From contig NW_024055806.1 in NCBI RefSeq assembly GCF_902713615.1, positions 124,001 to 188,000 of the forward strand: 64,000 nt of DNA, given 5' to 3'. This document shows positions 56,122-64,000 of this stretch, piece after piece. Origin of the DNA: Scyliorhinus canicula (taxonomy: Eukaryota). Numbering within the stretch: position 1 is the stretch's first letter; every line of letters begins with the position of its first letter. Under the pieces are notes generated by a model, which was given only the letters and a program-made list of their open reading frames with translations, searched no databases and was not told the origin of the DNA. Both the position numbers and the translations under genes were made by a program.

Positions 56122-56306
56122 AGGGACTGGTTTAGCACAGGGCTAAATCGCTGGATTTTAAAGCAGACCAAGACAGGCCAGCAGCACGGTTCAATTCCCG
56201 TACCAGCCTCCCCGAACAGGCGCCGGAATGTGGCGCTGAGGGGCTTTTTACAATAACTTGACTGAAGCCTACTTGTGACAATAAGTGATTTTCATTTCAT
56301 TTTCAG
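56122..56306 (+). mobile_element. SINE with alternative head and type-2 tail, just 3' of the secretory poly(A) site
   Basis: Near-identical organisation to 24225-24408; ends (tttca)n. Confidence 0.85.
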
Positions 56307-56379
56307 ATCTAACATCAGTAAAGTGGAAATACCATTAATCAAGCGGCTGTATGTTTAAATCACAATTAGAGGAAACGTT

Positions 56380-56394
56380 TTTATTATTTTTATT
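56380..56394 (-). terminator. Polyadenylation signals for secreted IgM mRNA
   Basis: Two AATAAA on the minus strand (56389-56394, 56380-56385), about 30-40 nt after the secretory stop. Confidence 0.75.
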
Positions 56395-56421
56395 TTAGTT
56401 CGAAATATAATCGATAGATTT

Positions 56422-56813
56422 TCATTGACATGAATTAACGGTGTCCATCAGAGCGAGGGAAATGTTCACAAAACTGGGTTTACCGCTGGATTTATCAACC
56501 GTTCTGTTGATGATCTTCAAGGGGATGGCTTCATGTCCTACCACACAGGAGTAAGAAGCGCCGCTGGCCCACTCCTCCGCTGCAATGGATAACAGGCTGT
56601 ACATGAAGAAGGAGCTATTGCCGTTCTCCGCCATCACCTCGGTGTTCTTGTAGTTCCCGGGATTCACCGGCTTGTCATTGACGGTCCACTTGACGAAGAT
56701 CTCTCGGGGGGAGAAACCTCTCACTAAGCAGCTGAGGGAGACGAATCTCTGAGCGGAGACGTCTTCAGCCGAGGGCAGGAGGACAGAGACGGACGGTTCC
56801 CGCGGATTGGGAT
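56422..56813 (-). CDS. IGHM: IgM heavy chain constant exon CH4 plus secretory tailpiece
   Basis: Acceptor tctgcAG (56814-56815). [42 protein letters not shown]...[43 protein letters not shown]-stop, with the penultimate Cys and N-glycan site of a mu tailpiece. Internal donor G|GTAAAC at 56484/56483 serves the membrane form. Confidence 0.97.
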
Positions 56814-57099
56814 CTGCAGAAAATGTACAATAAATGTCAATAAAATGGGGGGTCCCGGAGACAATGGAACCGCGGGTTAGATGTGAGAGAAATGTGTTTT
56901 GTGTTGGATTTTAAAGGTTTCCATTTTCCACGTTGGGATCTGTCCGGTTTCCCAGCTCGGAGCAGAGGTGGACACAATCCTTTTCCCTGAGAATTTACGG
57001 ATATTGGATTCGAAAGTTTCAGAAAGTGTACAGCAGGGGAACAGGCCATTCGGCCCAACTATTCTGTGCTGATTTCTAAACTCCAAACCAGGCTCCTCC

Positions 57100-58450
57100 C
57101 ACCTTACCCAAGAGGATTAGAAAACTGCCAATGTGACACCTTTATTCTAAAGGGAGGGCGTCAAAAACAGGTAACTATAGGCCAGGGACCTTAACATCTG
57201 TCAGTGGAAAACGGTTCGAGTCCATTATAACAGATCCAATAGCTGAGCATTTCGAAATACATAATATAATCAAACAGAGTCAGCACGGCTTCGTGAAGGG
57301 GAAATCATGCCTGAAAACTTTATTGCCCTTGTTCGAGGTGATAAGGAGAAGGCTGGAGAAGGGGGAATCAGTAGATGTAATATACATGAATTTCAAAACT
57401 GTGTTTAATAAATGAATGTACTATTCCCACGGCTGGAGATGACAAAAATATAAAGGCAAGTGGTGAGGTTACAGAAAATCTAGAGAGGGACAGAGGTGGC
57501 TTAAGTTACTGAGTAAAAACTTGGCAGATGGAACATAATGTAGGAAAATGTGAGTTTAGACACTTTGGTAGGAGGAGGAACATAACGGAATATTATTTAG
57601 ATGTAGAAAGACTGAAGAAAGCTGAAGTAACGGGGGAATTGGGGGCCCTCGTGCAGAAACCACACAAAGCAAGTTCTGCAGGTAATATGGAGACAAATTG
57701 AATGTTGACATTTATTTCAAAGGGAATAGAATATAAACATGGGGACGTCTGGCTCAAACTATACAAAGTTAGACTAGTTAGACTAGTTAGACTACACCTG
57801 ATATACTTTGAATAGTTTTCGTGCCCTTACCTAAGGAAGACAGATTGGTTTTGAAGGCAGTCTAGAGAAGGATCACGAGGGATGGAGGGATTTTCTTACA
57901 GGGAGAGGTTAAGTAGGCTGGGCCTGGACTGATTGGAGTTTAGAAGAATGAAGGTGGCCTAATCGAGACATGAAAGATTCTCAGGGAGCTTCGGAGTCTA
58001 GTCGCTGTGAGATTGTTTTCCCTTGTGGGAGCATCTCGGACCAGAGTGCAGGATCACATAGTCAATGTTCGCCCATTTCAGACAGAGATGAGAAGGAATT
58101 TCCTCTCTCAGAGCATCAGGGAGTGTAGAATTATTTAACCCGGGGGCTGTAGATTCTGGGTTGTTCAGTATGTTCAAGGTTGAGAGAGACATATTTTAAA
58201 CCAATGAGAGATATGGGATTGGATTTTGTTTATTGTCACGTGTACCGAGGTACAGTGAAAAGTATTTTTCTGCAAGCAGCTCAACAGATCATTCAGTACA
58301 TGAAAAGAAAGGGAAATAAAATAAAATACATAACAGGGCAACATAAGGTACACAATGTAACTACTTAACACCGGCATCGGGTGAAGCATACAGAGGTGTA
58401 GTGTTAATGAGGTCAGTCCGTAAGAGGGTCGTTTAGGTGTCTGGTAACAG
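57100..58450. mobile_element. Decayed CR1 pieces (plus and inverted) and another LINE 3' end in the CH3-CH4 intron
   Basis: QHGFVKGKSCL, YM.F, W.M..NV.KC, Y.TLVRP.L.Y motifs; minus-strand CR1 tail at ~58000-58200. Confidence 0.65.
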
Positions 58451-58791
58451 CGGGAGAAGGCGGGAAAGAGGAGTTGAAGATCATCACATCAGATCAGTTA
58501 TGATCTCATTGAAGGCTGGATCAGTGTTGTTGGGCTGAATGGACTACGTCTGCTCCTACGTCTTGTGGCCATTGATCTAGCTCCGTCTAAACCCCATATC
58601 ACTGCTTTTAATTCATTGTTCCTTCATCTACGTAGCAATTTCCCCCTTAAGATCAACAGGCCCAAAATTTTTAGTCGTGGAATTACCAATCAGAATGGAC
58701 CATAAATACACTGAATGCTAAATACTGACCGCTGCACTGACACCAGAAATAAACACAATGACTCACTTATTGCTTCAGTTTCACCGCTCAC

Positions 58792-59100
58792 CTATTTTTT
58801 TGTGGATTGAAATTCTTAAAGGAGTTGGCAGGTCCTGATGGCTCGCCACACAGTCAAACACAGCCCCACTCAGCCAGGCTTGTGTCGAGATGTTTAATTT
58901 GCTGACCACGCTCTCAGTATCTGCCCCAGGCTGGTTGGCAATCTCTGATTTCAGCGGCTTCTTCGCTTCACTCCAGGACACGTTGACTCCATAAGGACCA
59001 TTCGAAATGACGCAGGTTAAGGTGACAGTCGCCTCCAGTAAGACCTGTTCTATTGGTGGTGGCAGTATTGTTACTGAGGCGGTAATACAATCAGAAGGAT
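58792..59100 (-). CDS. IGHM: IgM heavy chain constant exon CH3
   Basis: Acceptor ttcacAG (59101-59102), donor GTgagc (58790-58791); 309 nt, intact. [51 protein letters not shown]...[34 protein letters not shown]. Confidence 0.96.
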
Positions 59101-59731
59101 CTGTGAATCAAAACATGAAAATCAACACAAGTTTCATCTTCAGAATCAGGACAGAAGGATTCAGCCTTCACTCACTCAATGGGAATAAATCAACTTCGAA
59201 ACTTCTAATGATCGCCATTAATCTTCTGTACACAATGGAAAACCAGTTTGGTCATCTTAAACGATTCTCATTGTGAAATACAGTCAGCACCAATGGCATT
59301 CTAATGAACGAGTATTGCAGCATTCCCAATACAAATATTCCAATCCTGATCTCGGAAACCTAATACGGAAGGCTGATTTATAAATAGGTTGAATGAACTT
59401 TCCAACAATTTTCCTTGGAGCTGTTATCAATAAAGGGGTTCAGACACCTACTGCCTCTCAAATATAATCAGCTGTCTCAGGATAAGGCTGATATCATATC
59501 CACCTCACTCACTAAATGACTTCAAATTAGAGGGAAACATTTATTTCTCTGCTGATCAAATCCTGAATGGTGAGCAATCCAAATGCAGCTCTTACATCAG
59601 AATGAAACACAAACTACATGGCAGTAAATTAGAAGTTATTCTGTGCTTTGTACTGATTTTAATAAATTCCTGATTTGGATTAACATCAGAATGCAGGATG
59701 ATTTATTGTTTCCTCTGTTTGTGTCTCTTAC

Positions 59732-60041
59732 CAGACGCGGTGATGTTGTGACTTTGGGTGACCTCTTGATGAGTGACCTGGCAGGTATAGACCGCTTTGC
59801 TGAACCATTCCCCAGCGGAGACTGTCAGCCGACTGCTCGCCGAGAAGTTTCCCGTTCACTTCACAGGCGGGAGAGGTGACAATTCCTGAAGTCATGGGTT
59901 GTCCATTCTTCAGCCACTTTACCGTGATTGAATTTGTCTGGAAATCGTTAATTGAACAGACGATGGTTGCAAATTTCTGTCTTGTGATTTCTTCACTGGA
60001 ACTCACGGTGAGGATAACATGTGGAGGGACACCAGGCGGGC
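59732..60041 (-). pseudogene. IGHM: IgM heavy chain constant exon CH2, frameshifted (+1 nt)
   Basis: Acceptor tttcttgaAG (60042-60043), donor GTaaga (59730-59731); 310 nt = 309+1. Frame 1 gives [46 protein letters not shown]...CEVNG. After an extra A (ttt at 59848-59850) the next frame gives [39 protein letters not shown]. Confidence 0.93.
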
Positions 60042-60242
60042 CTTCAAGAAACACAATTTAGACATTTCTTGCAGAAGATGGTGTGACAAATAAAATGATT
60101 TATTATATTTTAACTGTTTCTCTGCGGCCAATATTTTCCTCAGGAATCAGAACGGCACACTTTATCATAAATATGTTATAGCCAAAGGTGTAAATAAAGT
60201 AATCACAGCGGTTCTGCTTCGCACAGTTTCCATAACACTTAC

Positions 60243-60539
60243 ATGGCATTCCAATGCTCTTGTCTGAGCCGCTGTGTCGAACCTCACAGCTGATTTTGCT
60301 GCATTCCCCCTCTGACTCGGTGATGGTTAACTGGCTGCTCAGGGTGTAGGTTCCCTTCTTGTTTCTCGCTGACGGGTATTCCTTAACTCCAGTGCTGATC
60401 AGCTGCCCATCTTTCTTCCAGGTAAGGCTGGTGATTTCTGGGGAGTAGTCCATCGCCAAACAGCCGTAGGTGACGGAGCCGTCGGTGTTGTGTTGCTGAC
60501 AGGAGACCAGGCTGTAGAGAGTGGGTGGGGTCGGTGTCG
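60243..60539 (-). CDS. IGHM: IgM heavy chain constant exon CH1
   Basis: Minus-strand exon between acceptor ttctctcccAG (60540-60541) and donor GTaagt (60241-60242); 297 nt, phase 1/1. Translates (A)[44 protein letters not shown]...[37 protein letters not shown], an Ig C1-set domain closely resembling elasmobranch C-mu1 as I recall it. Confidence 0.96.
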
Positions 60540-60842
60540 CTGGGAGAGAATGGCCAATTGAACAAGTTAGACTCTGGGATTTATCATTAAGATATCATAC
60601 AACTTAGAATTTGGATAAAGTTACAAATTTATCATAAACCGCTCGCATTAAAACTGCATCCATACTTGAGCTTCTGTTACTTCTAACTTTTGAGAATCAC
60701 CATTTGTTTATTCCCTCTTTAGAAACTCACATCTCTTTCTCCATTTCTCACACCTTGCAGAAATTAGCATTATGGTGTCATCTGAAAACGTACCATTCAT
60801 TCTTTTAAATGAGCAGAGCGGAGGGTTTCACCATTATTTATA

Positions 60843-61154
60843 GTAAGAGGTCTTACAACACCAGGTTAAAGTCCAACAGGTTTGTTTCAAACACGAGCTT
60901 TCGGAGCACGGCTCCTTCTTCAGGTGAATGGAAAGGCTTGTTCCAGAAATGTTTATATAGACACAGTCAGAGATGCCCCGGGGCATCTCTGACTGTGTCT
61001 ATATAAACATTTCTGGAACAAGCCTTTCCATTCACCTGAAGAAGGAGCCGTGCTCCGAAAGCTCGTGTTTGAAACAAACCTGTTGGACTTTAACCTGGTG
61101 TTGTAAGACTTCTTACTGTGCTCACCCCAGTCCAACGCCGGCATCTCCACATCA
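60843..61154. mobile_element. Non-autonomous Penelope-derived fold-back (274-bp palindrome + ~38-nt tail)
   Basis: Arms 60843-60979 and 60980-61116 are reverse complements with one visible mismatch and match the pLTR of the 46-51 kb Penelope. Target duplication caccattatttat at 60829-60841 and 61153-61165. Confidence 0.93.
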
Positions 61155-61549
61155 CCATTATTTATGACACCAATGTTTTTTCCACCAACAGCACTTTGTG
61201 ATAAAGAAGTTGTCTCTCCATTTCTGTCATTGCTGTTTTGGAAATTGCCTGTGTTCAAACTGACTGATGTCCCCCATCTCTCCACCTCACTACCCCCACT
61301 CCCCAAAACAAGGAGTCGTTACTTTGCTTCAGAAAAATCTTCCAGGTATTTACAGAATGACTATAAAATTCTATGTTTGAGCACATGTGCAAGTAACTCC
61401 AAAATTCTCCAATTACAGGACCCTGGACATTAAAAGCGGGATGCGGCCATTCGGTCCCTCAGGTCTCCTGAACCATTCAATATGATTATGGCGGAGCAGT
61501 TTGTGGGATGGACTCCGCATTCCATGTATCCGTGATAACCAGCTTCCTG

Positions 61550-64000
61550 TCCTTTTCCCAGCTCTCTGCGCTTTTCCCAGCTCTCTGATCTTTCCTCCAC
61601 TTCGGTAATTTGCCCAGCTGCACCTTTCCAGGTTGTTTGCTCTTTGCCTCAGCTTCTGGAACTTTCCACTTGCTCTTTGTGCTTTTCCCCAGAACATGGC
61701 ACTTTGCCCCCTGATTATTGGCTTTGGCCCAGCAATTACCACTTTTCCCCGTGTTCCTGCAGATTCTCTCCCCTGTCTGCGCTCAGCTCTCTGCCCATCG
61801 CACCTGCTCACTACTCAGCTCTCGTCTTTCCCAGGCTCCCTATACTTTACCCAGCTTTATACAATTTCCCAGGCTCCGTGTGTTCCCGCACCCCCCCCCC
61901 CCCCACCCCCACACCCCCGCCAGCTCGCTACCCATTCCGAGGCACCCTGTGCTTTTCCCCAGCTTTCTGCCTTTTCTCAGGCTCCCTGTGCTTTTCCCCA
62001 GCTCTCTGCCTTTTCCCAGGCTCCCTGTACTTTAACCTAGATTTATACAAGTTCCCAGGCTCCACGTGTCCCCCCCCCCCACCCCAGCTCGCTGCCGTAT
62101 CCGAGGCTCCCTGTGCTTTTCCCCAGCTCTCTACCTTTTCCTAGGCTCCCTGTGCTTTTCCCCAGCTCTCTGCCTTTTCCCAGGCTCCCTGTGATTTTCC
62201 CCATCTCTCTACCTTTTCCCAGGCTCCCTGCGCTTTCCCCAGCTCTCTACCTTTTCCCAGGCTCCCTGTGCTTTTCCCCAGCTCTCTGCCTTTTCCCAGG
62301 CTCCCTGTGATTTTCCCCATCTCTCTACCTTTTCCCAGGCTCCCTGCGCTTTCCCCAGCTCTCTACCTTTTCCCAGGCTCCCTGTGCTTTTCCCCAGCTC
62401 TCTGCCTTTTCCCAGGCTCCCTGTGATTTTCCCCACCTCTCTACCTTTTCCCAGGCTCCCTGTGCTTTTCCCCAGCTCTCTGCATTTTCCCAGTCTCCCT
62501 GCGCTTTTCCCCAGCTCCTTCTTTTCCCAGGCTCCCTGCACTTTAACCTAGGTTTATACAATTTCCCAGGCTCCACGTGTCCCCCCCCCCCCACCCCAGC
62601 TCGCTGCCGTATCCGAGGCTCCCTGTGCTTTTCCTCAGCTCTCTACCTTTTCCCAGGCTCCCTGTGCTTTTCCCCAGCTCTCTGAATTTTCCCAGGCTCC
62701 CTGTGATTTTCCCCATCTATCTACCTTTTCCCAGGCTCCCGGTGCTTTCCCCCATCTCTCTACCTTTTCCCAGGCTCCCTGTGCTTTTCCCCAGCTCTCT
62801 GCCATTTCCCAGGCTCCCTGTGCTTTTTCCCAGCTCTCTGCCGTTTCCTAGGCTCCCTGTGCTTTTCCCCAGCTCTCTGCCTTTTCCCAGTCTCCCTGTG
62901 CTTTTCCCCAGCTCCATCTTTTCCCATGCTCCCTGCGCTGTCCCCCCATCTCTCTACCTTTTCCTAGGCTCACTGTGCTTTTACCCATCTCTCTACCTTT
63001 TCCCAGGCTCCCTTTGATTTTCCCCATCTCTCTACCTTTTCCCAGGCTCCCGGTGCTTTCCCCCATCTCTCTACTTTTTCCCAGGCTCCCTGCACTTTTC
63101 CCCAGCTCTCAGCCTTTTCCCAGTCTCCCTGCGCTTTTCCCCAGCTCTCAGCCTTTTCTAAGGCTCCCTGTGCTTTTCCCCCGCTTCCTGCATTTTCCAG
63201 ACTCCTTTTGCTTCCCCCAGCACTCAAACGTTTCCCAGGCTCCCTGTCCTATTCCCCAGCTCTCTACCTTTCCCCAGGTTCCCTGCGCTTTTCCCCATCT
63301 CTCTACCTTTTCCCAGGCTCCGTGCACTTTTCCCTGTCTCTCTACCTTTTCCCAGGCTCCCTGCACTTTCCCCCAGCTCTCTACCTTTTCCCAGGCTCCC
63401 TGTCCTATTCCCCAGCTCTCTACCTTTCCCCAGGTTGCCTGCACTTTCCCCCCTCTGTCTACCTTTTCCCAGGCTCCCTGCACTTTTCCCCAGCTCTCTG
63501 CCTTTTCCCAGGCTCCCTGCGCTTTCCCCCAGCTCTCTACCTTTTCCCAGGCTCCCTGTGCTTTTCCCCAGCTCTCTACCTGTTCCCAGATTCCCTGCGC
63601 TTTCCCCCAGCTCTCTACCTTTTCCCAGGCGCCCTGTGCTTTCCCCCGCTCTCTGCCCTTTCCCAGACTCCCTGCGTTTCCCCCAACTCTCTGCCTTTTC
63701 CCAGACTCCCCGCACTTTTCCCCAGCTTTCTACCTTTTCACAGGCTCCCTGCGCTTTCCCACAGCTCTATACATTTTCCCAGGCTCCTGTGCTCTTCCCC
63801 AGCTCTCTGCCTGTTCCCAGGCTCCCTGTGCTTTTCCCCAGCTCTCTGCCTTTTCCCAGGCTCCCTGTGATTTTCCCCATCTCTCTACCTTTTCCCAGGC
63901 TCCCGGTGCTTTCCCCCATCTCTCTACCTTTTCCCAGGCTCCCTGTGCTTTTCCCCAGCTCTCTGCCTTTTCCCAGGCTCCCTGTGCTTTTTCCCAGCTC
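61550..64000. repeat. 39-bp minisatellite upstream of CH1 (switch-like), continuing beyond the window
   Basis: Unit CAGGCTCCCTGTGCTTTTCCCCAGCTCTCTGCCTTTTCC (period 39 checked at 62181/62220), plus a variant ...GTGATTTTCCCCATCTCTCTACC.... Degenerate 61550-61940, more homogeneous afterwards. An interrupting cassette recurs near 61840, 62030 and 62540. Confidence 0.95.

Noticed and set aside
7529-56306. tRNA genes suggested by A/B boxes
   Set aside because: Every A/B-box pair is the head of a SINE followed by SINE body and tail; no complete cloverleaf was seen.
60540-64000. J segments or recombination signal sequences upstream of CH1
   Set aside because: No WGxGT-type J motif or heptamer/nonamer pair seen; V-D-J must lie beyond the window if present.

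Overview
Eukaryotic genomic DNA from a cartilaginous fish (shark; a catshark is a guess from repeat style). The right third holds the constant region of a shark IgM heavy-chain cluster on the minus strand: CH1 60243-60539, CH2 59732-60041, CH3 58792-59100, CH4+secretory tail 56422-56813, TM1 52671-52798 and TM2 52522-52530, all with canonical splice sites. CH2 carries a +1 frameshift. No V, D or J segment is in the window. Upstream of CH1 lie a spacer-less 274-bp Penelope-derived palindrome and a >=2.4-kb 39-bp tandem array whose sense strand is G/purine-rich and repeats GAGCTGGGG, resembling a class-switch region. The left two-thirds is a cluster of C2H2 zinc-finger genes and pseudogenes without a recognisable effector domain, with CpG-rich NRF1/CCAAT/GC-box promoter modules. 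It is heavily invaded by retroelements: a full-length intact L1 (17-bp TSD), a Penelope element with intact ORF, pseudo-LTRs, inverted 5' arm and minimal hammerhead ribozymes, a near-complete CR1, about 20 tRNA-derived SINEs, a probable solo LTR and several minisatellites. Most long ORFs in the supplied track are artefacts of low-complexity repeats. All calls were made by eye; no database search or alignment was run.
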